Positions 1 to 12,200 of a DNA stretch of 64,000 nucleotides are shown piece by piece; position 1 is the stretch's first letter; the number at the start of each line of letters is the position of its first letter. Both the position numbers and the translations under genes were made by a program. Source of the DNA: Phaeosaccion multiseriatum (taxonomy: Eukaryota; Protista; Ochrophyta, other classes); assembly GCA_965112735.1 (NCBI GenBank), contig OZ218953.1:2666001-2730000 (forward strand), read 5' to 3'. Under the pieces are notes generated by a model. That model searched no databases and was not told the DNA's origin. It saw only the letters and a program-made list of their open reading frames with translations.

Positions 1-231
1 CTGTTATAGATGCTACATGCACGCGCGCCAATGTCCATAGCTGTACACAAAGGGGTTATCAATAGTCGAGCTGTAGCTGTAGTGATTAGACCTTATCCAA
101 TAATCTACAATTTTGACGGGGGACGAGATACCGCCTAAAGTGGTAGTCGTAAGAGAGGAAAGGAGAAAAAATCGAAGGGCCCAATCAAAAATCGAGATCG
201 ACATTTAAGCGGTTGACGCTCAGACCTGACC

Positions 232-867
232 ATGGCTTCCCAGTCTGCCCCTTGGGGTGTGCCTCCAATTGGTCAAGGCCAAAGCGCACTGTTGCGAGAC
301 CTCTCTTCGTCTACAGGCCTTGACCTGGAAGCCATCCGCAGCAAATGGAAAGGCGAGGCGCAAATCCAGAGGCAACAAGATCAGGACTCAAAGAGCGCAG
401 CAGCGGGCCAAACCAAGGAAGAGCACGCCGAGCTCTGCAAAGAAATAGGTTAGTGCATGTACTGGACTTCCATCCAGCTGGCAGTCATGCAGTTGTCGAG
501 TCTTACCATGCTGTGTGCGCTTGTGCTCGTGCTAATCACACTCTTTGCAGCGCGGCTAGACAAGTGGAAGATCTGCTCAGACTGCCAAGGACAGGGCTAT
601 GTGGAGACACTCTACAACCACATGCGTTTAAAACGCAATTGCGAAGGTGCGTGCTCAGAACCCTCAACTAGGGAGGAAGAGAAAGGAGCTAGGGAGGGAG
701 GGTCATCCGCTCCGCTTCCCTCCTTTCCCTCCTTCCAAGTCTGGAGTGGCACATGACTGTTGCCGCTTACCCTACAGATGCTGTTCCCCTGCCGTTGGCT
801 CTATATTGTAGACTGTGACGGAGAGGGCATTCGGCTCCGCGAAGGACACGCCCAGGTCAAGGATTGA
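232..867 (+). CDS. Small DnaJ-type zinc-finger protein (two CxxCxGxG motifs, no J domain); 3 exons
   Basis: Exons 232-448, 551-646 and 812-867 join in frame through GT-AG introns, giving ...KICSDCQGQGYVETLYNHMRLKRNCEDCDGEGIRLREGHAQVKD*. Confidence 0.75.
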
Positions 868-1208
868 TTGCTCGTGCACACGGCGGCAAAGATGGGGAAA
901 AGCTTTAAATACGACTGGCGTGCTCTCCGAGAAACGAGGCAGAGCCATCCATCGAGGCTCAAAGCGGACCTTCGATGAAGGAGTGAGGAAGGTCCGCTTG
1001 ACACCAAGCCGCGAGCCATGGCAGAGCTACATGCCAGGTACCATACATCGAGGCGAAGGCGGGCGGTCTGTCTGTGTGCGCCCTGTTTGGACTGCCAAGC
1101 TTGACGAGGGAGCTGCTTTGCTCACGTACCAAGACTTGAGTCGGGGCACCCGCCCCGCTCCGGTAGCCTACGCTGCACTTCCGCCGATCGCAGTAAGTCG
1201 GCAAGGCA

Positions 1209-1288
<80 letters not shown>

Positions 1289-1930
1289 GAGAGAGACGCT
1301 CACTCCCGACAGAGGATGGCCTTCCGCATTGAGCAAGATCGAGAGGAGTAGACGAGAGAGAAAGAGAAGCCACAGTCTCGCCGGGTGACAACACGCGGCA
1401 GGGCTGGTGGGGTGTGCTTCCTTCTGTTTGGAATGTTTCCGCTGTCTGTAGTCCTGTAGAGACGCAATTGCTCCATGGCATCCCTCGCTCGACTGCCTTT
1501 TCGGTGGGGGGTTGGACGAATAGAAACCTCTCGTTCGCTCCATCCTCGCCTTGATAGGAAGAGATGGGGTGGTGTAGTGGGGGTGAACAGCGGCAGCAAG
1601 GGTGAGCTGTAGTGTGGTGCCTGTGGAGGAGGCGGAGCACGAAAGCGGGAAGAGAAGATTGATACTACAGTAGCCGATCTATCCGTCCGTTCACAGAGCC
1701 AACTTTCTCCATCTCATCTCTCTAACATATTCTTGTGCTTAATGTAGCAGTCTGGCCTTCATCTTGTCACCTATGGAAGTCCACGCTCGCTCCTTCCCAC
1801 TGAAGGCCTCGTGCGCCTCCCCCCCCCCCAGTAAATACTCCCTTCGTCTCCTTCTCCTCCTTCTTCTCCTCCTCCTACTCCTTCTTGTGGTTCTTCTTGT
1901 TCTTCTCTTAGGTCACCTCACTTTGGCTCC

Positions 1931-4578
1931 TCAGCTGGCGCTCAGCCAGGCGATGGCCCGAATGGCGGCAAGAGGAGACAACATGCCATACACCACCACC
2001 CATGCCGGCGTCACACTCAGCAGCCCCACCCCCACCACCATCCAAAACAGTGTGCCTCTCGTCGCCAAGGGCCGAAGGTTGAGTCGCACCGGCAGCCCAC
2101 GGGCCAGGGCTGGACAGAGGTCGAACTGACAGAACAGGGCAGTCAGGCCCACCGCCACAACATAGTAGCGCGGCAGCAGTAGCGTGGCACCCACGCCCAC
2201 CGCGAGCACGAGGCCGTGTTGGGCGTCGAGGAGAGAGTCCTTGAGCCCTGTGGCCCAAGAACAGATGCCCTGCCAGCCCCCGGCCGCACACGCTCGCACA
2301 GCAAACAGCCCCACGCAGCTCACAAAGACCCACGGCGCAGTGACGAGCAGCCAGGAGGCCAGCACCAGCCACCCCACGTGGGAGGTGACCGGTGGTTGCT
2401 CGGCCCAGCTCAGCAGCCGCGTGCCCTCCAACCCCCGTGCTGCATTGTGCTCCCACTCCGCGCCCCTCAGCAGCGCCGCCCGGCCTCTGTCCTCCGACAA
2501 ATCATCGCGCAGCCCCCCCGGGGCGGTGCCGTAGGAGCCCAACGCGACCCGATGCACCCCCATTCGATGCCTCAGACCGCTACCATGGCGCCTCCTGTCA
2601 CTGTCGCCGTCACCGCCACCATCATCACCCCTTCCACTGCCGTAGCGACTGTGTGCCGCATCCCCCCCGGGCTCTGCCGCTTGCCCAAGGTGGGGTGGAG
2701 CGATGCCCAACAGCCTTTCGTTCCCTTCGTCGGACAGCCTCACCAGCAGCCTTACGAGCCAGCCAATCTCTCGCCCGTCCACGGGTCTCCTCATGCCGTC
2801 ACCGATGAAGCGCACCTCATCCACACGCCCCTTTCGCATGTTGCCACCCCCAATCCCACTGCCACACGACGACGAAGCTGCTTCCAGAGGTGAGCTGGGC
2901 CTCATACCTCCACCTGCTCCACCACTTCCTCCGCCTCCGGATCGTCGAGGGGAGGAGGGGGAGGAGAGAGCTTCTGCTTCCTCCTCGCTGCGGTAGGCCT
3001 GGGGCTGCCACTGCTCGTCGATGCCGAAGATGCGCTTGACGTTGTGCACGAGGTGCTGCTCGCGAGTCTCGCCCTTGCCGAGCACACTCTCGCCGAAGGG
3101 GGACAGCAACGGAGCGAAGAAGTCCGATACCACTCGGCTACGGAGGTGGGAGGCGCGGTCGGGATGGATGGGAGTATTGGAAATGATTCATGAGTTGCTT
3201 GGAGACAGGGGACCAAAAGGACAGCAGCGGGTATTCCCGCGCCCCACGGAGTCACCCACAGAAGCCCGTCCGCTCTCCCACCCGCCTGCCTGCCCGCCCT
3301 TCTCAACCCCTCCTCCGTACGTACTCATCCCTCCTTGACCCCCGCTCGCTGCTGCTCTGCTCTCTACTCACCTTAGCTTGGCCCACACGCCGGTCTTGCT
3401 GCCTCCCCGATCCCTCTCCGCCGTCTGGCTGGCAATCCTCTCCAGCAGGTCCCTGGCTTTGTCCTGATAGTGCTCGAGCCCCCTCATACCCCCCCCGCAG
3501 TGCTGCAGCATGGTCAAGCGGTGCATCCTCAAGCTCACCTTCCCTGCCGCACCGGTGCCACACACATGGTCCCCTCCTCCTCCTCCTGCTGCTGCTGCTC
3601 CTTCTCCGCCCCCTCCTCCTGCTCCTCCTCCTCCGTTGCTGCTGCTCCCCGCCCCCCCGCCCCCCCTGCTCCTGCTGCTACCCCTACCGCTGAGGGTCAA
3701 CTCGATGGCCCCACCCCCTACGTAGCCAGAGTCCGCCACCGCTCCTCGCTGCAGCACAGCCTGAACCTCCGGGCCCAGGCTAGCAAACGCGTCAATGACC
3801 CTCTTCAGAAGGCCGATGGGGCTAACTGCCGAGGATGATGCCCCAGCGCCGGCCGTGGAGAAGCCGCTGCGACCGGAAGAAAAGTTGGAGCCCCCGCCCC
3901 GACTCGAGCTGGTCCGACTGCCCGCTCCACCACCACCGCCACTGCCACTGCTGCCGAGGCCACCGCCGCCGCTGCTGCCGCCGCTGCTGCCTACGCTGTC
4001 CCTCGCCGATGGAAGCTTTCCCACGCTGCACACAAAGACGACGAGGAGCGTGGAGTACAGGTGGTAGTTCTGAAGCACCCAGCCCTCCCACTCGCTGGTG
4101 TAGCCGGACCTTGTCGCTGCTGAGCCCACTCCTCCTCCTCCTCCTCCTCCTCCTCTTCCACCTCCACCACCGGCAGTGTGACCTACCCCTGCCCCACTTG
4201 TGCTATGGCCACCATCCCCCCCACCTCGGCTGCCCAAATGATAGCTGCTGCTGCTGCTGCTGCTGCTGCCCGGCACCGCCCGAGCCGCTTGCTCCAGGCT
4301 CTTCCCGCTCGCATACCCCGGTGCCCCCCACGGCTGGAGCCACAGAAGCCACAGATCCACCAGAAGGCCGGCCGTGCCCAGCCCCGCCGCCGCGACATCG
4401 CCGCTTCCTCCCGCCCCCCCCTGCTGGCTCAGCTCGCTGCCGCCGAAGCTCTTGAAGCTCAGGCAGAGGAAGTCGAATAGAAAGGGCTGCATCACCGCCA
4501 GGGGTGGCGTCAGCGCCACCTCTCCCGGCCGCTGCCGAGCCTGCTCTGAAAGGAGCTTCAGTCTGCGGCACCACGCGA

Positions 4579-4625
<47 letters not shown>

Positions 4626-6416
4626 GAGAGAGAGAGGGAGAGGAGGGGAGGGCAGTGTCACGAACTGAGGAGGTGAAGCGGAAAGATGAAATGGAGGAAG
4701 GGCACAGCACAACTCTCTGTCTACACTTTAAGTGAGCAGAGCTAGACCATCTGACACAGAGGGTAGCTAGACCATCTGACACAGAGGGTAGCTAGACAAC
4801 GCAAAAAGGGAAGGAAAGTACGTATGTGTGGTCTTTGGTTGAGAGAGGTCGCAACATCGAACACAAGCGCCTTCCGGGAAGGTACGGACGGACGGGTGCC
4901 AATGGATGCCAATGCTGATGCAATGCTACTCGTGAACAACAACAACAACAACAACACACACACACACACACACACCTTGGGTCAGCCAGCAGATGCGCCG
5001 CGAGAGTCAGCGTGCTCATGAGCTGCACCTCCGATGGCGGCCGATTGCCGTAGGGCACCTCCTCCTCCACCAGGTCCCGCTCTCCGCCCCTGTCGAAGCG
5101 GCAGCTGGCCTCCTGACACAGCCAGAACTCGATCCAGCACCGCAGGACAATCTCGGGTAGCTCGGACATGGGCGCGGACAGCTCAGCTGAGAGAGGGAAG
5201 GGTTGGATGGGAGAGAGAGAGAGGGGGGCAATGAGTCTGAGAGAGAGGGGGAGGGGGAGAGGGAGGGGGACAAAAGGCGGATGCGTGAAGAGCGAAACTT
5301 ACCGTTCTGCACTGCGCCAATGCTGCCACGGCCACCGCTGCCACTGGCGCTAACCCCATTGGTGCCCTGCTGCTGCTGCGCCCCCATGTGGGGAAAGAGC
5401 GACCTCGCGTAAGTCAGCACGAGTACAAGGTAAGGGTTGCCCCTCGTGAGACCCTGCAGCCCCGCTCGGTACGTTCGAATGGACGGCTGCGGGTATCGGG
5501 GGGCGTAGTCGGCAAATACAAAGTGGTAGAAGGCGAGCATCGTCAGCACCAGGTGAGGTGCCTGGCTCGCTCCGTTGTCTTTCCCTCCTCCTGCACCTCC
5601 GTGGATGCCTCCAGATCCAGATCCCCTTGGCCCTCTTTCGAAGCTGCCATCCCCACCAAAGCCGCTCCCTCCTCCACCGGCTATGGCCGATCCTCCTCCC
5701 CCGCCCCCCCTTCCTCCCCCACCGCCTCCTCCTACCCCAACTGCTTCCACCTGGCCCAGGCCTATCTGCTGCAAAAGCCAGTAGAGCCTCTCGACATTGT
5801 ACATGACCAGGCTGTCGGCAAAAGGGCTACTGTTGACATACGCCTGACTGCGGCAGGGCAGACTGCTCACGGGGAAGTAGCAGCAGGTGGGATTCCGCCT
5901 CGCAATGATGCTGTAGAGCGTGTCCGAAGGCGCCCCACCACTGCGGCTGCTGCTGCTACTGCTGCCGCTGCTCTCCTTGGGCGGACCAAGCAGGTCCAGC
6001 ACCCTTCTCCCCGTCTCTGTGCAGTCAAACGGTAAGGGCCCACTCCGCCCGGCCCCCGACTGGGTGCCTCGGTGCGGCAAGTGCGGGGCGTGGAACTGGT
6101 GCTGCTGCGCCTGAAAGCCCAGGGCAAGGTGCAGCCCGGCCCTAAATCCCGCAGGTAATCCAGCACCCGCGCTGGTGCCGCCCCCGTCTCCTCCGCTGCG
6201 GCTGCCGTGGTCTCCGAACAGGACCTTGAGTATGTCTGGAAAGAGGTTGTAGAAACCTTTCCATGCCGGGCTGTCCGGCGAGGTAAAGCTCAGCTCAGCG
6301 TTGATAAACTCGAGCGCCTTGATGGCAATGAACGTTATATCGTTTGGGTGGGACCTGCTCCGCATAAGAGCATTGTCCAATGCCACCTTTAGGTGCTGGT
6401 ACCTACTCAGATCCAT
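1931..6416 (-). CDS. SMPD4: Sphingomyelin phosphodiesterase 4 (neutral sphingomyelinase 3)-like protein, multi-exon
   Basis: Family-like motifs across ORFs 5016-6416, 3368-4519 and 1931-3133: LWLLWLQPW, WEGWVLQNYHLYSTL, FIGDGMRRPVDGREIGWLVRLLVRLS, LNLRPLA. C-terminal TM segments are present. Confidence 0.75.
4741..4797. repeat. 25-bp direct tandem duplication in an SMPD4 intron
   Basis: gctagaccatctgacacagagggta occurs twice, followed by a partial gctagac. Confidence 0.9.
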
Positions 6417-6675
6417 CCGTCCTGCTGCTGCTGCTCACCCCCACTGACTCAATTAGAATGCTCTCTCCTCATGGTACCAACACTCATAGCAGTTGCACCG
6501 ATACGTGGGCAATGCTCCAAAGTGGGCTGTGCTGTGGACGTGGAGCGATATGAGGATATGCGGATGTAAAAAAGGAGGACGGGGAAGTTCAGTCGTTGGT
6601 GCTCCAAGGGTTAATGTAACGCGGGAAGCAAGAGAAGATGTTTAGTAATTTGTTGTTGTGTGTGAAATTAGACCC

Positions 6676-7444
6676 ATGGCCATACATTTAGCTTGCATGG
6701 ACGGTGACCTTCCTGCTGTGCAAAGGTACCTCGATGATGGGCTCTTCGTCGACAAGAGAGACAACTTTCAGCGGTGAGGTGAAGCCCTTCTTCCCTCCCC
6801 ACCTGTAGCACCTAGAAAAGCTCATTCGCGTCTCGCTTCGTCTTTGCAGCACACTGCTTCACCAGGCCGCTTGGGGGGGTCATACACAGGTGGTGGCTGC
6901 TCTTCTACAGGAGCATGCCGGCGTCAACGCGCTCGACAAGGAGCTGTGTGGACCGCTCCACTATGCGGCTCAGTGCGGCCACGAAGCTCCTTGTCGAATG
7001 CTACTTGACCATGGAGCGGGTCTGGATGCGAAGGTACTTGTTGCTGGTTTGACTTCTGGGCATGCATCTTACGCTCCTTACCAACACTGGATAGACTTCA
7101 ACTCCCTTCCCCCTTCCCACCCCATGTATGTCCAGGACCTTCGTTCGGAGACCCCGTTATTCAAGGCGTGTCATCTCGGCCACAAAGAAGTGGTGCAGCT
7201 ACTGCTGGAGAGAGGGGCAGACCCAACCATCCCCGGCGCAGATGGCCGCCTCCCGGGGGAAGAGTTTGGCACGGAGGTGGGCGAGGTGGAGCGGCGAGAA
7301 GTTATTGATATGCTGGGCAAGAGTCGGGAGGAGAGGGGCGAGAAGGAGCAGCAGCGGGTGGCCACGCTCGTGGGGGATGGGCATGCTGCTACGAGAGAGG
7401 CTGAAAGCCAAAAGGGGGGAGGCTGCTGCTGCGTGATGAGCTGA
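6676..7444 (+). CDS. Ankyrin-repeat protein with C-terminal CaaX motif (CCCVMS)
   Basis: Ankyrin repeats MAIHLACMDGDLPAVQRYL, LLHQAAWGGHTQVVAALL, GPLHYAAQCGH and ETPLFKACHLGHKEVVQLLLERGADP. Introns at ~6773-6849 and 7034-7135. Confidence 0.85.
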
Positions 7445-7728
7445 GGCGAACGCAGTGTGGGGTCTGTGGTGGAGGCATGTGGAGAAGAACCAAGAAACGA
7501 ACGCTCTGCCCTTACCGATAGGTAGACGGACAGTCCATCTCAGGCTCACCAGATGTCTCTCTCTCTGGGGAGGGCACACGAGAGCTTGAGGCATCCGACA
7601 GGTGTGCACACGAAGGACGTGGCCTACAACAGCGAGGCGAGTCGACGACAGAGGTATGTATAATCACCGCAGTCTCACTGTGAGTGTATTTTGAATCATT
7701 GCGAGTCCTCTTCCATCCTGCCCTCCCC

Positions 7729-9106
7729 TCACCAGCCGCCATCATCATCAACATCATCATCATCATCCACTCCCCACCCTCCGCCGTTCTCCTCAGGTAT
7801 TCCCGCGCCCCCTGTTGTCATGAGGGACGGAGGCAGATCCATGCCCGTCACTTCGCTGAGCTCCATGTTTGGGTCCACCGTATGGTACCCTTTGGTCTTC
7901 TTCTGCTGGCCGGCACAGCAGCAGCACTTGTCACGCAAGAAGTCGATGTGAGGAATCGACTCCACCCCGCTCGAGCCATACTTGCGCTGCTTCAAATAAA
8001 AGCCCAATCCGCAGTAGCAGGAGCCGCAAGCAAGAAGGAGGAGCAGGGCCACCAGCCAGGGGGGAGTGTCGTCCTCCACGACGGGAACGGGGCACGCCTC
8101 TGCAGAGCGGAACTCAAACTCGTAGGAACAGGGGGTTTGCGCGTGTCGGTCATCGCGCACGGCCACGAGGTTGTCCTTGCCCGCCCCTGCGTGAGGGGGA
8201 GCGAGGGAGGGAGGAGAAGGGGGAGAAGAGCAGCAATTAGCAGTAGCAGGGGAAGAAAGAGAGCAAGCTCGGAAGAGGGAAGACTGGGGAGGAACCTTTC
8301 GCTTCCACATCACCAAACAACCAACGCACGTGTCCGTCCTTACCACGGTGAAATTCAATGAAAGAGTGTTCGCCCTACAATTCGAAGGCACCGGGACAAG
8401 GAAGCAAGAGAGTCTATCCAATAATGGAAAACTGACCCGAGAGACAGTGCTTTCTGCTACCCCTCGCCTTCCTCTCCTCTCCTCACCTGGTCTGTCTTTG
8501 TCACAGTAAAAGAGCAGCGTGACACTCATGCGCACCATAGGATCATCAAAACACGTAGTTCCATCTCTATACACTACCTTCACCCCACTCTCTGGATCCT
8601 GACTGTGGATGAGCGAGTAGCCCAAGAGCCCCTGTTCGCTCCCAAAGTAACTGCAGCTGTTCTCACTGCCGGCCACTGGCGTCCCGTGCTCGAAGAGTGT
8701 ACAGTCGGGCCCTAGCACCGAGGTGCTGCTGCCGCATACGGTCACGGCGTATTCGGTCCCACCCCTTTCGCGCTGGAAAGTGATCGGGTCGGGGCTCTGG
8801 AACTTTGTTCTGTAGGGAGTAAAAGGTATTCGCAGTAAGAGCATGGTCATATCACACGACGAGGCACTTCCCTCTGGTCATCCCCTTTCTCCTCCCGATG
8901 GTCATCCCTTTTAGCACTTACAAATCGAACTTCCATTTTCCATTGATCACGTGCACGCAGGTATCGACTCGATCAGCAGCAGAAACGAGTTGCATCATCC
9001 CTAAGGAGAACACGGCAGCTGCTGCCACCACCCTTTTCCTCCTTCTTCTTGTGATCCTTCTTCTCCCAGCTGCTGCTGCTGCTGCTTGTTGCTGTGCTGA
9101 CGCCAT
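7729..9106 (-). CDS. Type I membrane protein with mannose-6-phosphate-receptor homology (CD-M6PR/ATG27-like)
   Basis: Signal-like N-terminus (VVAAAAVFSLGMMQLVSA). Cys-spaced MRH domain (YAVTVCG..GVKVVYRDGTTC..LLFYCD..CSYEFEFRSAEAC). TM helix followed by YKQRKY-like stop-transfer, GVESIPHIDF and a YHTV sorting motif. Confidence 0.8.
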
Positions 9107-9260
9107 TTTTACTGAAGCGCTTCGCTTTTCGCTCTTTTTTCTTGTTTTGTTTTTTCTTCCCCCTCCTCCCAGCGTCGTCGTATCTGTGATTGTCGACCAC
9201 CAACACGTGTATTGGATTTCCTTTTTTCTCTCTGTCTCCTCTCTCAATCCTTTGTCCTTC

Positions 9261-12200
9261 ATGGTGAAGCGAAAACGGGGGTCAGCAGCATTCGCGCTCT
9301 TCGCCTCGTCCTCCCTGCTTCGCAGAGGAGAGGCCTTCGCCGGATGCGGGACGCATCTCTGCTTGCATGGGAGTAGGGCGCACCAGAACAAGAGTGCGCA
9401 GCAGAGGCAGCTGTTTCCAGGGCCACGCAGCACAGGCAGGAGGGTCTTTGCCCCGCGATGTCTCCAAGGATCTAGAGTTTCACTGGCAGCAGCTGCGAAC
9501 GGCGACAATATTCCCGCTACAGCCTACAAGGGGAGCGTAGAGGAGAAGGGGGAGGAGGAGCAGGAGGAGGAGCAGGAGGAGGAGCAGGAGGAGGAGCAGG
9601 AGGAGGAGCAGGAGCAGTCTGCTTTCCAGGCCCTGTTGGCTGCCTGCCGCAATGCCTCTCAGAGTACCTCCGCCCATGACGCCGACCGAGCGACCGGCAG
9701 CAGCGAGTGGAGCGGCTTCGTAACTGACCCAGCCCTGCTGGCAGGGGTGACCGAACATCTGGAGGTTTGCGCTTTGAGATCCAGTCTACAGGACGATTCG
9801 GCGAGGGTGTGGGCGTGGCTCAAGTACTCCCCTTGCCCTCTACGACTTACCCTGGCAAGCGAGGGCGCCTTTAGCGTGTTTCTCACCGTGCTGCCTGCTG
9901 CTTCATCTGCCCCTGCCCACAGGTCGGTAACGGTGGGCCTTGCATCCTTCGCTTCTCGAGAGTTGTCTATGCGTGTGCTTTCTGCTTGACCGTCTGACCA
10001 AAGCCCCCCTCTGTCCCGTCCCATCGCACCCCCCCCATACACACACCCCCCAAAGGCCCCTTCTGGGCTGTCACATACTCTCGAAGATGGTAGAGGGAGA
10101 AGTGATGCAGTTCAAGGCCAACAGCCAGCGGCTCATAAACAGCCACATGCACACCCCTGATCAGAGCACGCTGTGGTCCAGCTACGGGGGAGGCGCTCGG
10201 CGGATGGCCAACGAAGGTGCGTGTCCACTGCCTGCGGCCCTGCGGTTCCTTGGTGGGAAGCGTGGCTTGAAATTGGACACGGCTCATAAATCATCTTATT
10301 CTCGAGGCAGTTTTTGTTCATTGATTCTGTCGGCCTAAATATTTCTGCGCACCCCTGCTGTTGACTCTTATCTGATCGATCTCCATTTTGCTCTGCCCTA
10401 AGGTGCCGAGACTGCCGTGGTGCTTGAGGTGGTCTTTTACCACCCCAAGCGCCAGGGCGGCGGCTACCAGGAGCCCAGAACCAACTCAGATAAAGTACGT
10501 ATGAAGTCATGTAGAGAGAGAGAGAGACAGAGAGAGGACAAGGCGCGAGTGTAGAGAGACAGCGAGAGAGGACAAGCCGCGAGTTTAGAGTACTCTGCAT
10601 GGGTGGGGATGTGCAGTGTCCATCCTTCCGATTCGACCTCATCCTCCTCCTCTCTGTGTGTGCTTTCATTGTTCTCCAGGCAGAGCAGCTTGCCGAGGCA
10701 CCTGCTCTGGTGCTTCACGAGGCGAGCGACGAGAGCGGCGAGGAGGGGAAGGAGGAGGAGGAGACAGTCATGGAGGTGGATATTGTACCGCTGATCGAGG
10801 TAGGGGCAACCCCCTGCCCACCTGAACTCCTCTTCCTCGATGCGGCCAAGGAGGCGGAGAGAGATCATGTCAGCCTCGTCATGTCAGCCAGCAGCAGCAG
10901 TGCAGAGGGGACAGGGGGGCGCCAAGAGGAGGAGGACGAAGAAGAAGTGGTCGAGAGCGCTGCCCAGCAAGCAAAGGCAGAGCTCAGTGTGTCTGTAGGA
11001 GGACTTGACGACGAGCTGGACGACATTTGTCGCCGCATCCTCGCCATGCGAGGCCTGCCCAGGGAGGTCAGACAGGGGCTGGGGGTGAGCCATGTCAGAG
11101 GCCTGCTGCTCTATGGCCCCCCCGGATGCGGCAAGACGTTGCTGGCTCGAGAGCTGGCCAAGCGGCTCGGGGCCAGACCTCCGCGGCTTGTCAGCGGCCC
11201 AGAGGTGAGGGGGGGGGGGTGAGGGAGGGGAATGAAAGCAGATTCGGCGAAAGTGGTGTAGCTGTAGAGGAACGCTGGCTGGAAGGGGGTGGGGAAGCCA
11301 CAGCATCAGTCTGTGCCGCCTGGTGCACTTCCTCTCTCACCACCCTCTCCTCTCCGTCTCTTTCTCCCTCATCTCCCTCGCTCCCTCTCTCCCTCCTCTC
11401 TCCCCCGCCAGGTACTTGATAAGGTGAGTGAGGAGAAGCAAAGCAGCGCCGGATTTACTTGGTCTGTCTCTCTTACACTCTCGTACCCGAGTATGTCCAC
11501 CCCCTTCCCATGTGTGGGAGAGGGGAGACGACCATCGCCAAACTCGCTTGTTTTGTTTCTCGCTCTCCCTCACTCCCAACGACGCCGCCAATCCTTCCCC
11601 TCGACCCCCTCGACCCCCTCCACCCACCCCACCTACTCCACTCACTTGACGCACTCGATCCCCGCCCCTCTCCCTCCGCCATCCCTCCCCCCTCTTCTCC
11701 TCTCCTCTCACCTCTCACCTCTCACCTCTCCTCTCCTCTCCTCTCCTCTCCTCTCCGCTCTACAGTACGTCGGTGAGGCGGAGCGGCTCGTGCGCGCTCT
11801 CTTTCTCGATGCTGAAATGGAGCACAAGAGAGCTGTGGAGAAAGGAGAGGACCCTCAAGAGCTTGTGAGTTGTGCATGGCCGACGCGGGGCAGGGGTGGT
11901 GGAGGGGAGAGGGGAGGGGGGTGTATTTTCCCCGTCCTTCGTCTCATTCAGTCGCTTCAATCCAATCAATCGATCAATGAACGGATGGATGCTTCATCCG
12001 TCCTTTCACCCGTCAGTCTCGTTCTCCTCCACCCCCCCATCCATTCCATTGACCCATCGCTTTCTCCCTCCCCCCTCTCTCTCTCACTCTCACTCTTTCT
12101 CTCTCTCGTCCTCCCCCCCCCCCATACCCAGCCCCTGCATGTCATTGCCTTCGACGAGATCGATGCCCTCTGCCGCTCCCGAGGCAGTCTGACGGGTGAC

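Noticed and set aside
1-204. ORF 13-204 (-), or a gene start at ATG 38 running off the window
   Set aside because: Too short, with promoter-like composition and no supporting motif.
870-1900. Possible small - strand gene (ORFs 959-1543, 1122-1640) with GT-AG-like sites
   Set aside because: No recognisable motif, and I could not build a convincing spliced model. ORF length is inflated by a (GA)n tract. It cannot be excluded without RNA data.
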